DNA of 64,000 nt from Bdellovibrionales bacterium (GCA_965199825.1 OZ241329.1:2641869-2705868); one strand, 5' to 3'. Numbered from the stretch's first letter, positions 19,566 to 30,137 are shown. Notes: generated by a model not told the origin, from the letters alone. Numbers and translations are program-made.

Positions 19566-19949
19566 TTAAGCTACTTTTAAATGAACTTCAGGTTCAAAAT
19601 AAGTTTGAACAAGTAAAACGATGTCTTCGGGCTTGATGGGCTTTAAAATTACACCCTGTACCTTTTTTCTTAAAGCTTGAGTGATCTCTTTTTTATCAGC
19701 AGGTTGAGCCATCAAAAAAAATGGGATTTGAATTTGTGAGGCTCTCATTTGATTGAGCAATTGAAGTCCCGATATCGACGGCATATCAAGCCTGCAGATC
19801 ACCAGATCATAACGTCCACCACCTTTAAGCCGGTGAAGGGCCTCGACCCCAGTGGCCGACTCAAACACCCGATACCCCGCAAAACGCAGATTGAGAGCGA
19901 GTAGACTTCGAGTTTCGGTATCCATTTCAACGAGTAAAATTTCTTTCAT
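19566..19949 (-). CDS. Stand-alone receiver (CheY-like) domain with degenerate phosphorylation site
   Basis: 127 aa. It aligns without gaps to CheY around YDLVICRLDMPSISGLQLL and ILKP. The phosphoacceptor position is Arg, not Asp. Confidence 0.75.
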   Translation of the reverse strand: MKEILLVEMDTETRSLLALNLRFAGYRVFESATGVEALHRLKGGGRYDLVICRLDMPSISGLQLLNQMRASQIQIPFFLMAQPADKKEITQALRKKVQGVILKPIKPEDIVLLVQTYFEPEVHLKVA

Positions 19950-20044
19950 CTCTCTAGATTAAGGTCTTTAAAGCAAAACGAAAAGCAAAAGAATTGCCTG
20001 TGTTTCAACTTGGGAAGATAACCAAATAAAAAAGGAGTCAAAAA

Positions 20045-21007
20045 ATGTGGTGGAAAAAATTTGTGAAGCCCTCAAAAGAAGAACTTAAGAAAGTTTTGAA
20101 TTCTGATCAATTTGCAATCACTCAAGGTGAGGGCACCGAGCCACCATTTGATAACGCTTATAATGACAATAAGGCCGAGGGACTTTATGTCGACGTCGTT
20201 TCTGGAGAGCCTTTATTTAGCTCAAAAGACAAATTTGACTCGGGCACAGGTTGGCCAAGCTTTACCCGCCCAATTGAAAAGGACAGCATCGAGGAGCGCA
20301 CCGATTTTAAAATGCTCTATCCGCGCACCGAGGTCCGAGCAAAACTTTCTGATTCGCACCTTGGCCATTTTTTTAATGATGGGCCCACAGGAAGTCGTTA
20401 CTGCATCAATTCGGCTGCACTTCGCTTTGTACCTAAAGAAAAACTCAAAAGCGAAAACTACGACGAATATGAAAAGGTGTTTCAAAATGAAAAGGCAATT
20501 TTTGCTGGCGGATGTTTTTGGTGTATGGAGCCGCCCTTTCGAAATGCAAAGGGAGTGCTGGATGTGATTGCGGGCTACACCGGCGGGAGCACCAAAAATC
20601 CAACCTATGAGCAAGTGTGTTCTGATCGCACGGGACATTTTGAGGCAATAAAAATTGTTTATGATCCCAATCAAATTTCATACGGTGAGCTCCTCAATAT
20701 TTTTTGGGAAAATATTGATCCCACCGACCCCGGTGGACAATTTGCTGATCGCGGAACTTCCTATAAAACCGCAATTTTTTATATGAATGACGAGCAAAAA
20801 TCAGAGGCCCTCAATTCAAAAGACAACTTAACAGAATCTAAAAAATTTGATGATCCTATTGCCACCCAAATCTTAGAGGCCAAAGAGTTTTACCCCGCCG
20901 AACTCAATCATCAGAGTTATTATAAAAAAAATCCGACACATTATGAGCGCTACAAAGTTGGATCAGGTCGAGCAGATTTTTTGGAGCAAAACTGGAATAA
21001 AAAATGA
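20045..21007 (+). CDS. msrBA: Bifunctional methionine sulfoxide reductase MsrB-MsrA
   Basis: The N-terminal half has the SelR/MsrB motifs GWPSF and RYCINS. The C-terminal half has the MsrA motif GGCFWC and GYTGG. Confidence 0.92.
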   Translation: MWWKKFVKPSKEELKKVLNSDQFAITQGEGTEPPFDNAYNDNKAEGLYVDVVSGEPLFSSKDKFDSGTGWPSFTRPIEKDSIEERTDFKMLYPRTEVRAKLSDSHLGHFFNDGPTGSRYCINSAALRFVPKEKLKSENYDEYEKVFQNEKAIFAGGCFWCMEPPFRNAKGVLDVIAGYTGGSTKNPTYEQVCSDRTGHFEAIKIVYDPNQISYGELLNIFWENIDPTDPGGQFADRGTSYKTAIFYMNDEQKSEALNSKDNLTESKKFDDPIATQILEAKEFYPAELNHQSYYKKNPTHYERYKVGSGRADFLEQNWNKK

Positions 21008-22092
21008 ATGTGGCATTTGAGTCCAATTGTTTAACAGGCTCAAACCTTACCGGAATTGGTCAATACGCCAAACAGTTATTTGGAGCCCTTTCGCCCATTC
21101 TCAAACAACAAAATGGCAGCTTAAAACCTATGATTAAAATTTCGCGTTTTGGAAAAAAAAAGCAGGTTGAAACTTTACTCCAATCAAAAGTTGGTTTGTT
21201 TCATCCCAACTTCAATTTGGGCCTTGGGGGCTTTGATCTGTTTCATGGGCCTGATTTTAGGGTTCCCTTTGTTAAAAATCTCGCCAAGGTTGTGACCATT
21301 CATGACCTTTGCGAATTCGAAGATGAATTTCATCCAAAAGCCTTTACCCAAAAAGGAATTGCGGCAATGAAAAATATCATCTCAAAAGCCGATCCCCATT
21401 TTTTTATTGCTGACTCTGAATTTACCCGCAAACGGCTTGAACATTATTTTCCTCAAACCATTAATCGAACAGCAGTTGTCCACTTGGGGGCTGATCATCT
21501 CAAAACAAGCTCAAAAGCTGTGGGCGCTCCTTTATTTAAACACAAATATATTTTGTATGTAGGAGCCATTGAGAAAAGAAAAAACACTCAATTTTTGATC
21601 GAGAGTTTTAAAAACTCAAATTTAGGTCAACGTGGATATCATTTGATCCTAATCGGAAAGATCGGATTTGAGGGCGAAGAGATTTTAAAAAATCTAACAG
21701 ACAACATTCATTATTATGGTTTTGTGGATAACCAAAAATTAATTGAATACTATGCCCAAGCCGAATTTTTTGTTTTTCCATCGCTTTACGAAGGATTTGG
21801 GTTTCCGATTCTAGAGGCGATGAATTTTGGAGTTCCGGTCATCACCAGTAATACCACGGCCTGCAAAGAGACCGCTTCAGATGCAGCTCTGTTGATCGAT
21901 CCAAAAGATTCAAAATCACTCATTGAGGCTTTGGAGATTTTAAGTTCCTCTGCTGACCTTCGTTCACATTATAAAAACATGGGACTAAAAAGAGCTAAGG
22001 AATTTACCTGGTCACAGTGCGCGTTTCAAACTCTAGATGCCTATGATGAGACTTTAGCTTTGTTTCGTTCGCTCCAAAAAACTTATATGTGA
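21004..22092 (+). CDS. Glycosyltransferase family 4 (GT-B, GT1-type domain)
   Basis: C-terminal [11 protein letters not shown] motif (E-x7-E region). ATGA overlap with the msrBA stop. Confidence 0.85.
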   Translation: MNVAFESNCLTGSNLTGIGQYAKQLFGALSPILKQQNGSLKPMIKISRFGKKKQVETLLQSKVGLFHPNFNLGLGGFDLFHGPDFRVPFVKNLAKVVTIHDLCEFEDEFHPKAFTQKGIAAMKNIISKADPHFFIADSEFTRKRLEHYFPQTINRTAVVHLGADHLKTSSKAVGAPLFKHKYILYVGAIEKRKNTQFLIESFKNSNLGQRGYHLILIGKIGFEGEEILKNLTDNIHYYGFVDNQKLIEYYAQAEFFVFPSLYEGFGFPILEAMNFGVPVITSNTTACKETASDAALLIDPKDSKSLIEALEILSSSADLRSHYKNMGLKRAKEFTWSQCAFQTLDAYDETLALFRSLQKTYM

Positions 22093-23196
22093 TGTCGCAA
22101 GGTTTTCGATTTTGTCGAGCAATTGAGGAATGTCAAATTTCTTTTGGGCAAAATCTTTTGCGTTCTTCGCACATTGGGCGGCAAAGCCTGGATCGCCCAA
22201 ATATTTTTCGATCGCTTTTTGTAAGGCTTCTTCATCTTTTGGTGGCACAAGCAAGCCGGTATCCCCGTCGATCACAGTTTCAGATGGACCACCCGCTTTT
22301 GTCGCAATGATCGGCACACCGCTGGCCATCGCCTCGATCAACACATTGCCAAAAGCTTCGCGGTAAGAGGGCAGTACAAAAATATCAAGAGCCGCCATTG
22401 CACCGCTGATATCGTCCATATGATTTATTATTCGAACCTGCGATGCCATTTTATTTTCAACTGTAAAACGACACAAGCTATGAAAGTACTGTGGCCCTTC
22501 GCTATCAACACTGCCGATTAAAACAAAAATTGTTTTTGGAAAACTGATTAACACTTTTTTGGCTGCTCGTAAAAACTCGAGTTGCCCTTTTTGTGGATCC
22601 ATTCTTCCAACCACACCCACAATGCGGCACGAATCATCCACATCGTAGATTCGGCTCCGCAGGCTCATATCTTTTTTGCTTGGATTAAATCTTTTGAAGT
22701 CGATCCCATTAGGAATGACGTCGACCGCTTGAGATTCGATAGGCAAACAGCGCAGCAGCTCTTTTTTTTGCAATTCGGTAAGTGCCACTAATCGTTTTAG
22801 CCGTTTGTATAGCCAACGATGCAAAAAATCGCGCTTATCAATATCAATCAAAAACATGTGAGCAAAACCGATCAGGTCGATATCAAGGTTGATCACCGCG
22901 GGCCGTAAAAGCCAAAGGTCTTTAAGGTGATGAACAAAAAGGGTTTGAATATTTGCTTTTGTAAGATGACGACGAAGGCGCAAAGATTGAAAGGGGTCTA
23001 TATAGCGACCATGAGTCAAAGTAAAAACTCGCAAATCATTTTCGATCGCATGCCGTTCGAGTGGAGAATGAGTTAAGGTGATCACACAAGATTCGTAGCC
23101 GCGGTCTTTTAGGCTTGAGGCATATTGCAAGGCCATCATTTCAAGCCCACCCCATGCACGGGTCAAAGCCATTTGAGCGACAATCGGTTTTTTCAT
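22054..23196 (-). CDS. Glycosyltransferase family 4
   Basis: REAFGNVLIEAMASGVPIIAT....GPSETV motif of GT4 enzymes, 380 aa. Confidence 0.85.
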   Translation of the reverse strand: MKKPIVAQMALTRAWGGLEMMALQYASSLKDRGYESCVITLTHSPLERHAIENDLRVFTLTHGRYIDPFQSLRLRRHLTKANIQTLFVHHLKDLWLLRPAVINLDIDLIGFAHMFLIDIDKRDFLHRWLYKRLKRLVALTELQKKELLRCLPIESQAVDVIPNGIDFKRFNPSKKDMSLRSRIYDVDDSCRIVGVVGRMDPQKGQLEFLRAAKKVLISFPKTIFVLIGSVDSEGPQYFHSLCRFTVENKMASQVRIINHMDDISGAMAALDIFVLPSYREAFGNVLIEAMASGVPIIATKAGGPSETVIDGDTGLLVPPKDEEALQKAIEKYLGDPGFAAQCAKNAKDFAQKKFDIPQLLDKIENLATSHISFLERTKQS

Positions 23197-23213
23197 TTCG
23201 ATTATATTTAACT

Positions 23214-23247
23214 AAAACGCACGGCAGATCATTCTATTCTGCCGTGC
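23214..23247 (-). terminator. Rho-independent terminator candidate downstream of the VWA lipoprotein gene
   Basis: Perfect 10-bp stem gcacggcaga / tctgccgtgc (23219-23228 / 23238-23247) with a 9-nt loop. On the minus strand it is followed by gtttt. Confidence 0.6.
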
Positions 23248-23254
23248 AGCTAAA

Positions 23255-24331
23255 TTAAAACGTGAGAGTCGTTGGGCTGAAATCCACTTGAATCGCTGCA
23301 CCTGTCGCCGGAACTGAAGCGCCGTGAAAGATAATTGAATTCGAGGCCGAATTGTAAGTCCATCCCGAGACCGCGTCTTGAACAATGTTTGTTCCATTGA
23401 CCAAAACCGTAATGGTATTTTGCACTGGCGTACGAGTGAGATAAAACTGTGTGCTCAACTCTGCAATTTTTTGTTGGATGCTCAAAAGAGAATTGGCGTA
23501 ACTCGCATCACAAATACTTCCTAAAATCCCATTGGTTTTATTTGCGATGTCCATATAGCGCGTAGCGATCATTGTACTTGATGAAGCACCGATATGGGCC
23601 TGTAAACAATTATTATCTAATACCGTAATTGCCGAGACGCTGTAGCGTCGAGTGGACCCGGTGGTCGCAGTTTTGGTATCGAGATAAGACACATAGCTGT
23701 CAACACTCTCAAGACCTGGGTCATTGTAGGCATGATCAGCAATGCCACCATTGTACTGCCAACTTGCTTCGGGACGGGTGGGATCACTAAAATCATCTTC
23801 ATCTGAGAGAATGATCACACCCAAGAATGAGTCGCTTCGCAAAAATCCTTGGTTTGAATTATTTTGAAGTGCTGCTTTAAAACTCGAAAACGAGCGTTCA
23901 TCTCCAGAACCGAGTGATCCTTGAGTGGCATTGGTCACAAAAGTAGGGATCAAGTTGAGGGTCGATGGCAAAATATCAAACACACTGGTGTGTGAAGATC
24001 CTGCTCCATCGCGAAAAATCGAGAGTGTGGGATCATTGTTAAAAAAGGCTCCAGACAAATAGGCATCACTTGTTGTGACAGCCATATGAAAGTCATAACC
24101 CTTGGAGATAAATTGATTGATAAAACTATTAAAGTTTGTGGTGAGGTTTTGCTGCAAAGGATCCATCGACGAGGAGTTATCAATCACCCACAAGATATCG
24201 ACCTTGTTGTTGACTGTGCCCGTACTCTGCGAAAATCCTTGGGCAGTTGGAAGAATACTAAAACTTGATCCTCCCGATGAACAGCCTGTGAGTGTGATCA
24301 ATAATGTTGAAAGTCCTAGTACTCGTTTCAT
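23255..24331 (-). CDS. VWA-domain lipoprotein
   Basis: The ATG at 24331 gives the lipobox MKRVLGLSTLLITLTGCSS. MIDAS motif in VDILWVIDNSSSMD. Confidence 0.75.
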   Translation of the reverse strand: MKRVLGLSTLLITLTGCSSGGSSFSILPTAQGFSQSTGTVNNKVDILWVIDNSSSMDPLQQNLTTNFNSFINQFISKGYDFHMAVTTSDAYLSGAFFNNDPTLSIFRDGAGSSHTSVFDILPSTLNLIPTFVTNATQGSLGSGDERSFSSFKAALQNNSNQGFLRSDSFLGVIILSDEDDFSDPTRPEASWQYNGGIADHAYNDPGLESVDSYVSYLDTKTATTGSTRRYSVSAITVLDNNCLQAHIGASSSTMIATRYMDIANKTNGILGSICDASYANSLLSIQQKIAELSTQFYLTRTPVQNTITVLVNGTNIVQDAVSGWTYNSASNSIIFHGASVPATGAAIQVDFSPTTLTF

Positions 24332-24488
24332 AAGAGCCCCCTCGATGATTACTTTTCGGCAGGCCTCGACTAAGGGTGAGTTGCTAAAATAACGACCAAG
24401 GTTTTGTCGGACTTGTGACTCAAACTGATCCAATCTCGCTAAATTTTAGGTTGATCTCCACCACAACCTTCCCTAATTTTGTAAACCT

Positions 24489-24857
24489 ATGAACTTTGAA
24501 AAACTAAATCAGCTTCTACAAAACATTATCAGCCACCCTAAGATCAAAAAAGATTGGGAGAGTTACCAAGGCTCTTCGCGGTTTACCGAACTCGCCGGAA
24601 AGTTGGTGGGAGGTCTTGAGACTCTTATGCTTTTTGGATTTGCACTTGGTCGCAAGCGGCTGATTCGGATGAATGCCGCGGTTGGCACCTTGATTCTTTT
24701 AATTAAAGTCTCGGTCTATCTTAAAGAAAGAGTGATCGACGATCCAAAAACAAAAAAATGGTTGAGCGAGGCGTGGGACGAGTTAGGCAAACAAAGTTTT
24801 TTTATCTCAACCTTGGCTCGCCAAACCGCCAACCAATTTGGTCGCTGGCGTCGCTAA
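24489..24857 (+). CDS. Hypothetical protein
   Basis: 122-aa ORF with one or two hydrophobic segments. No domain recognised. Confidence 0.45.
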   Translation: MNFEKLNQLLQNIISHPKIKKDWESYQGSSRFTELAGKLVGGLETLMLFGFALGRKRLIRMNAAVGTLILLIKVSVYLKERVIDDPKTKKWLSEAWDELGKQSFFISTLARQTANQFGRWRR

Positions 24858-24858
24858 A

Positions 24859-25479
24859 TTATAAAGGCCCAATTTTTAATAAGGTGGAACATCCGAGAAA
24901 ATCGTTCGCGGTGTCCACTCTTTTTTGAGTGTATGAAACCGCTTCGCTCAAAATTCTCTGAAAATGGCTTTTTTGAAGTTCGCTGATGTTTGTCTGTGCT
25001 AATTTTGCGATCAACAGAATCAGACTTAAAAAGTTCTGATCAAGACTTGTTTTGATCTGAGTTTCTAGATTTTCAAAATGCTGCAAAACATGCATGTCGC
25101 TTTTGTCGAACAGTATCATCCCAGTGACAGGCAGCCAGGAAGACAAAGCCTCGTATCTGAGCGCATTGAGAGCCGACGGATGATTGCCTCGTAGCGAATC
25201 AAACTGGTCAACACCCACAACCATAAATTCCATCTTCTCATTTATGGTTCCAATTAGTGTGAGTTTGTAAGGTGGACGAAAGGTCAAAAGCTTCCATTGA
25301 TCCAACTGAACTTGAGACAAAAACCGAAGTGAAATTTCACTACTGCCATTACAAATTAAAACGGGCTTGGGATTATTTTTGCCAATCCCAGTAAGAACAA
25401 TTCGATTTTCCAATTGAAAAGGGGCTGCAAAGACCGAACTATAAAAACCAAAACAAACAAGAAACCAAAGTTTTTTCAT
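24859..25479 (-). CDS. Hypothetical exported protein
   Basis: Signal peptide MKKLWFLVCFGFYSSVFA. No domain recognised. Confidence 0.5.
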   Translation of the reverse strand: MKKLWFLVCFGFYSSVFAAPFQLENRIVLTGIGKNNPKPVLICNGSSEISLRFLSQVQLDQWKLLTFRPPYKLTLIGTINEKMEFMVVGVDQFDSLRGNHPSALNALRYEALSSWLPVTGMILFDKSDMHVLQHFENLETQIKTSLDQNFLSLILLIAKLAQTNISELQKSHFQRILSEAVSYTQKRVDTANDFLGCSTLLKIGPL

Positions 25480-25571
25480 GATTTGGCTTTAGCCGCAGTT
25501 CCATATGGGGTCAGCAAAAATAATTCGCCGATAAAAAACATACCATCGTTCACAATATTTTTTTTAGAAAT

Positions 25572-25645
25572 TGGAGGTGGCACCCGGATTTGAACCGGGG
25601 TAGGAGCTTTTGCAGAGCTCTGCCTAACCACTTGGCTATGCCACC
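25572..25645 (-). tRNA. tRNA-Cys (anticodon GCA), CCA encoded
   Basis: The reverse complement reads GGTGGCA-TA-GCC AAGTGGTTA GGC-A-GAGCT CTGCAAA AGCTC-CTAC-CCCGG TTCAAAT CCGGG-TGCCACC-T-CCA. All four stems pair. The anticodon loop is CT-GCA-AA and the discriminator is U73, the known tRNA-Cys identity element. Length 74 nt. Confidence 0.93.
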
Positions 25646-25687
25646 TCTTGAAGTCAAAGGGTAATAAATCAGTTTTAGACCCAAAAC

Positions 25688-27085
25688 TCAAGCAAACATC
25701 TGGCTTAACTGATGACGCGGTTTTTCGACAAGGACCTCGGCTTGAAAAAGGTCTTCGCGCTCGATCTTTGAGACTTCTCGAAGATCAGCAAAAGAACGCG
25801 CCACTCGGAGGAGTGTTCTCTCAAGACGCGGTGGCATTTGGCGACACTCCATTAAAAGTTGGACTTTTGGATCTATTAAAGATTTGAGCTCGCTCAAATT
25901 CAAAAAGGAATTGGGCACTATTTGTCTGCGACTGGACAAGGCAAATGCTCGTGCTTGATCCACACGACTCCTAATTTCTTGCAGCGAGACCATTCGTGGG
26001 CCGTTAAAATGTGAGGTGAAAGATAAGATTTCGATACGGTCAAGGATCGGACCCGAGAGGCGTTTGATGACCGAGCGACATTTTGTCAGGGCCTGGGAAC
26101 AGCGTGGTCTTAAAAGTGGCTCAAGCTTTCCACAAGGACAAAGATTTGTGGTGGCACAAAATAAAAAGCGCGATTTTATTTTTCGCGAAACCCCAGCGCG
26201 AGAAATTAAGATGGATCCCTCTTCGAGAGGTTCTCTTAATCCCTCTTGCACCGCTGTGGGAAATTCAAGAAATTCATCGAACAATAATATTCCACCGTGG
26301 GCTCTGGTGATTTCGCCGTAGGTGATCGGACGCCCTCCACCCAGTATTGCTTTGACCGATGCGGTATGATGAGGCGCTCGAAATGGTCTTGATGTCCGTT
26401 GTTCATCAAATAAAAATCCAATATGGCGAATCTGTTTCCAAATCTGTTCTGTCGGGAGCGGTAAGACTTGCGACAAAGATTCTATAAAAGTTGTTTTGCC
26501 AATTCCGGTGCGACCCGCGAGCAAAAGCGAATGCTCGCCGTGGGCCACCAATGCCATAAGGTTTGCGCAGGGTTTAGAAAACTCAAGGTTTTGTAAAGCC
26601 ACACGCTGTGGAGCTACATCTGGCATTAAACTTTTTTTAAATTGTCCATCAACTAAACTATTTAAGTTTTTAACATATTTGCCTACCGGATGGCTCGATT
26701 GGCCCACAATAAGATTTGATACTATACTTTGATTGAGATCAGAAAAAACTTCGCCATTTAAACCAACGCTTCCATAATAAACAAAATTATTCACATCTTG
26801 TTTTGGGAGTTGTCCGGTGGATGCAAGAACCCCAACGGCAATCGCGAGATCAAGCCCCTCTGTCTTCCATCCCTCCAAATTTTCGAAATTGATAATTATG
26901 GATTGTGTTCGGGGCCACTTAAGCCCCGATTTTCTAAAGGCTGTGCGAAGGCGAATCGCAATTTCTTTAAAAGAAGAATCAGGAGCATTCAAAAAATGGG
27001 TGAGAGGAAGACCAGGAACAAGTGCAATCTCAAAATTAAAACGCTGCCACTGCCCGTCTTTTAAAATCAAAGTTTGAATCGTCAT
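25688..27085 (-). CDS. yifB: YifB/ComM family Mg-chelatase-like AAA+ ATPase
   Basis: Lon-protease-like N-terminal domain (LDLAIAVGVLAS), Walker A GRTGIGKT, Walker B/sensor region GILLFDEFLEF and the C-terminal Mg-chelatase subunit ChlI-like region. The ATG at 27085 is preferred over the TTG at 27106. Confidence 0.9.
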   Translation of the reverse strand: MTIQTLILKDGQWQRFNFEIALVPGLPLTHFLNAPDSSFKEIAIRLRTAFRKSGLKWPRTQSIIINFENLEGWKTEGLDLAIAVGVLASTGQLPKQDVNNFVYYGSVGLNGEVFSDLNQSIVSNLIVGQSSHPVGKYVKNLNSLVDGQFKKSLMPDVAPQRVALQNLEFSKPCANLMALVAHGEHSLLLAGRTGIGKTTFIESLSQVLPLPTEQIWKQIRHIGFLFDEQRTSRPFRAPHHTASVKAILGGGRPITYGEITRAHGGILLFDEFLEFPTAVQEGLREPLEEGSILISRAGVSRKIKSRFLFCATTNLCPCGKLEPLLRPRCSQALTKCRSVIKRLSGPILDRIEILSFTSHFNGPRMVSLQEIRSRVDQARAFALSSRRQIVPNSFLNLSELKSLIDPKVQLLMECRQMPPRLERTLLRVARSFADLREVSKIEREDLFQAEVLVEKPRHQLSQMFA

Positions 27086-27129
27086 ATAAAGATGACGAAT
27101 CTGCAAAACCGATCACATCAAGGAGAACT

Positions 27130-28032
27130 CTATGGTTTATCTTTAAATGATTGTGCGTCCGCAGAATCTCGGACTTCGGAGAGAGGATGAAACTCGTCGA
27201 TCTGTTCGCGCAGTTTATTTTTTGTTACGGTTGTGTAGATCTGGGTGGTTTGTAAACTGGTGTGACCAAGTAAAACTTGAATGGATCTGAGGTCGGCGCC
27301 GTTTTCGAGCAAGGCCGTCGCACACCCGTGTCGAAATTGATGCGGATGCACCGCTTTTTCAAAGCCCGCAACCTTTGACCACGCCGAAAGCCAGCGCCAG
27401 ATATCCACCCGCGAGGGGCGATGCCCTCGATCGTTCACCAAAAGCGTGGTTGATTCTTCTTTGAGTAAAGAGGGCCGCACTTCGGTTATATAAGTTTTAA
27501 GTTCCATTCGCAGTCGCTCGGTTAAAGGAAGCAAACGCTGCTTTCCGCCCTTACCGGTAATCGAAAGCCAGGAGGCTGTTTGATTAAAATCATGAAGATC
27601 AAGAGTGATCAACTCGGTCACGCGGCAGCCCAAGCCAAAAAGTAAAAGAAGAGTCATTTGGTTTCGTGCGGTTTTTAATTTATTTTCGACTTCGCAGGCG
27701 CGATAGAGTTGCTCGAATTCGGAATTGGTCAGCGGATCAGGAAGTTTTTGTTTGATCCGTGGGGGTTGGAGTTGGCGCAGGGGTCCTGCATCCACTCCAT
27801 AACGCTCACAAAATTTAAAATAGGTTCGTAAACTTGAAATCACTCGGGCTTGTGATCGCTCAGAAAGTCCATGCTCTTTCATAAATTCGTAAAATTGGAT
27901 GAGGTCTGAGGATTTTTTTTTGAATTCTTCAAATAATTCAAGATCGCGGCGATAGGCCATGATTGTGTTTTGCGAACGCCCACGCACATTTTTTAAATCA
28001 TCAAAGAAGTCGACCCAAAGCTCGAGTGCCAT
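27130..28032 (-). CDS. xerD: Tyrosine recombinase, XerC/XerD family
   Basis: 300 aa. N-terminal core-binding motif NTIMAYRRDLELF. Catalytic residues in GCRVTEL, HQFRHGCATALLENGADLRSIQVLLGH and QIYT. The size and motifs fit housekeeping Xer rather than a phage integrase. The assignment to xerD rather than xerC is tentative. Confidence 0.82.
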   Translation of the reverse strand: MALELWVDFFDDLKNVRGRSQNTIMAYRRDLELFEEFKKKSSDLIQFYEFMKEHGLSERSQARVISSLRTYFKFCERYGVDAGPLRQLQPPRIKQKLPDPLTNSEFEQLYRACEVENKLKTARNQMTLLLLFGLGCRVTELITLDLHDFNQTASWLSITGKGGKQRLLPLTERLRMELKTYITEVRPSLLKEESTTLLVNDRGHRPSRVDIWRWLSAWSKVAGFEKAVHPHQFRHGCATALLENGADLRSIQVLLGHTSLQTTQIYTTVTKNKLREQIDEFHPLSEVRDSADAQSFKDKP

Positions 28033-28067
28033 TGGGTCATTGTCAGGTGCTCAACTTAAAGAAACAA

Positions 28068-28829
28068 TCAAAAATTCGCGCCACCATTAAAAGCCGAGCT
28101 GATATTCAGACCAGTAAAGGTTCCAAGCTGCTGATACCCATTGTCAGGAAGCAATGTGCGAAAGGTATTGATGCCATTATCTTGAATCCATGCTCGACAA
28201 TCGTAGGGACCAATCGAAACAAACCAACAATATGAAGGAGGGTGGTCCGCATAAGTGATACCGAAATTTTTAAAATAAATAGACCCACTCGAACCTGATG
28301 TGCCAACTCCATCACCCAGAGTTGTCGAAGAACTTGCGGCTACAGGATTGACCACAACAACGATGGCACCTTTGTAATCTTCAAAAATTCCATGAAAGGC
28401 ATTGCGGCCATTATCAAATGGGTAAACCACGTTGTAACGCGAATCTGCATTGCTGTTGCCGCCGGTAAAATAACTCACATGAGTTAAACCGTTGTCGGTG
28501 TACTGAACCGTTACAGTTCCACCAAAATAATTTCCTGGGGGTTGCTGAGTGAGGTTGAGGTTGACCACAACATTGCTCAAGTTATTCGAGTAGCGACCAG
28601 TATACAGATAATAAGCGTTTGAATTCGCGAATGTGAAGTTGGCAGTCCCGCCATAAGCGAAATTTGAACCAGGGTTTGCACCAACGCCGGTTGTTGTTGG
28701 CACATATGGAGCCGTGGTGTTGCCAAGTGCGGTTGTTGTGGTGGTGGTTGCAGGAGGATTCGAGCTGCCACTTGATCCACAGCCCACAATCAAAAAAGTG
28801 GTGGTGAGAAGTCCGATTGTTAGTTTCAT
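28068..28829 (-). CDS. Hypothetical lipoprotein with Thr-rich linker
   Basis: The ATG at 28829 gives the lipobox MKLTIGLLTTTFLIVGCGSS, followed by PPATTTTTT. The composition is Asn/Gly/Tyr-rich and beta-rich. Confidence 0.6.
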   Translation of the reverse strand: MKLTIGLLTTTFLIVGCGSSGSSNPPATTTTTTALGNTTAPYVPTTTGVGANPGSNFAYGGTANFTFANSNAYYLYTGRYSNNLSNVVVNLNLTQQPPGNYFGGTVTVQYTDNGLTHVSYFTGGNSNADSRYNVVYPFDNGRNAFHGIFEDYKGAIVVVVNPVAASSSTTLGDGVGTSGSSGSIYFKNFGITYADHPPSYCWFVSIGPYDCRAWIQDNGINTFRTLLPDNGYQQLGTFTGLNISSAFNGGANF

Positions 28830-29102
28830 TAAGTCCTCCGTTACAGCTCTTAGTGCGATGGCTGTGCCGAAGCTGAAATTTGTTAAGCTACTAATTTGAG
28901 TGATGAAAATGAAAAACCGTTTCACTCTGAAACAAATAATTTAAGATCGATAAAATTGTTTTGTGATCTAAGGTATTTACCTTCGTTCACTCGCCAAAAT
29001 TTAGATTTTGGGCTCAAATTGAGTTGGCAGGTGTCTAAAAGTTGATGATTAAGATTTTTTGATTAAAGTTTTAAGAAATCGTTTTAAACACCGATAGGGC
29101 TT

Positions 29103-30137
29103 CTAAAGGGAAGTCTTACTATGGAATTCAACTACGTGAATGTGGCTACAATCTGTGCAATCGTTTTTTTTGCGGTTCGGGTGTTGGTCACGGTCGTTTC
29201 GTAAACGAAATTTTGGATAATAATGCTCAAGGATTTGTCGGTAATTTAACCCGCCTTGAGCTAACGCTCGTGCTCCGTTTTGACACAATCCTAAACCGTG
29301 TCCATAACCGTAGCCCTCAAAATCGATCCGGTGATCTTTAAAGCTCAACTCGAAAAGTGAACTTTTTAATTTTTCAAAACCGATCAATCGCCTCAAGCCC
29401 TCACCTGATAATTTTAAATTCTTTTTGTCTTGGGTTAAAAGATTCACTTTGAGTGCTCGGCCATTTGAGGATCTCTCGGTCACAAAAACATTTTTTAATT
29501 TTTGTGGCATCTGTAACTTTGCCATCAGCTCTTCATCCGAAATCGAGAATTTCCAATGGGCCTTTAGCCGGCAACTGCCCTTATCTTTTGCGCCGCCGCA
29601 ATGAGCATGAAAAAGGGTTTGGGCAATTTTTTGATTGTGATCTTCTAACACCACAGCTCGAACTTGATTGAGAATCGATCGGGCTTCTTTCGAATGCGTG
29701 GCAGTTTTATAAATTTGATCTTCCACCGTATTTTCGACATCAAAGGTTTTGTGGCTTGAGATCTTTGATTTGGCATAACTTTTTGAGATGATGGCCTGAG
29801 CTTTTAAGGCTTCTTTTGGGTAATGCATTGGCATTTCATTAAACAAAACGCCTTCAAGATAGCGATCCATATCGAGAGTTTGGATTTCATCAAATAAAGT
29901 TTCAGAGCGTGCATAAAGTAAGACGTTGGCATTTTTTAAAATGAATTTGAGTTTGTCGGTTAAGATCACAAATGGTTTTTTTTGCCCTTCGATTACCTCG
30001 AAAAAACCAAGCCCTCCGTCAACAAATCGGCGCACCTGAATATCAGAAAAGCTTGAGTGGTCCACCGCTCTTGCGGTGCGCACCCGAATGGTTTCGGCAT
30101 GAGAAAAAAATAAAAATAATAAAATTAACTGAGCCAT
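29103..30137 (-). CDS. SpoIID/LytB domain protein (lytic transglycosylase/amidase-enhancer family)
   Basis: HAHCGGA and GYGHGLGLCQNGA motifs typical of the SpoIID family. Signal peptide from the ATG at 30137 (MAQLILLFLFFSHA). Confidence 0.85.
   Translation of the reverse strand: MAQLILLFLFFSHAETIRVRTARAVDHSSFSDIQVRRFVDGGLGFFEVIEGQKKPFVILTDKLKFILKNANVLLYARSETLFDEIQTLDMDRYLEGVLFNEMPMHYPKEALKAQAIISKSYAKSKISSHKTFDVENTVEDQIYKTATHSKEARSILNQVRAVVLEDHNQKIAQTLFHAHCGGAKDKGSCRLKAHWKFSISDEELMAKLQMPQKLKNVFVTERSSNGRALKVNLLTQDKKNLKLSGEGLRRLIGFEKLKSSLFELSFKDHRIDFEGYGYGHGLGLCQNGARALAQGGLNYRQILEHYYPKFRLRNDRDQHPNRKKNDCTDCSHIHVVEFHSKTSL

Noticed and set aside
20112-20681. 151-aa, 150-aa and 78-aa ORFs overlapping msrBA.
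   Set aside because: The msrBA frame carries unambiguous MsrB and MsrA catalytic motifs. The others are out-of-frame or antisense shadows.
25476-25691. 71-aa ORF on the minus strand.
   Set aside because: It is almost entirely occupied by the tRNA-Cys gene (25572-25645) on the same strand. It is a translation artefact of the tRNA and its flanks.
25572-28032. tRNA-Cys followed by comM/yifB and a tyrosine recombinase, a possible integrative island (tRNA or comM integration hotspot).
   Set aside because: - The recombinase has the size and motifs of housekeeping XerC/D (AYRRDL, 300 aa).
- yifB looks intact from the Lon-like N-terminus to the C-terminus.
- I could not see a direct repeat of the tRNA 3' half nearby.
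- No phage or transfer genes follow.
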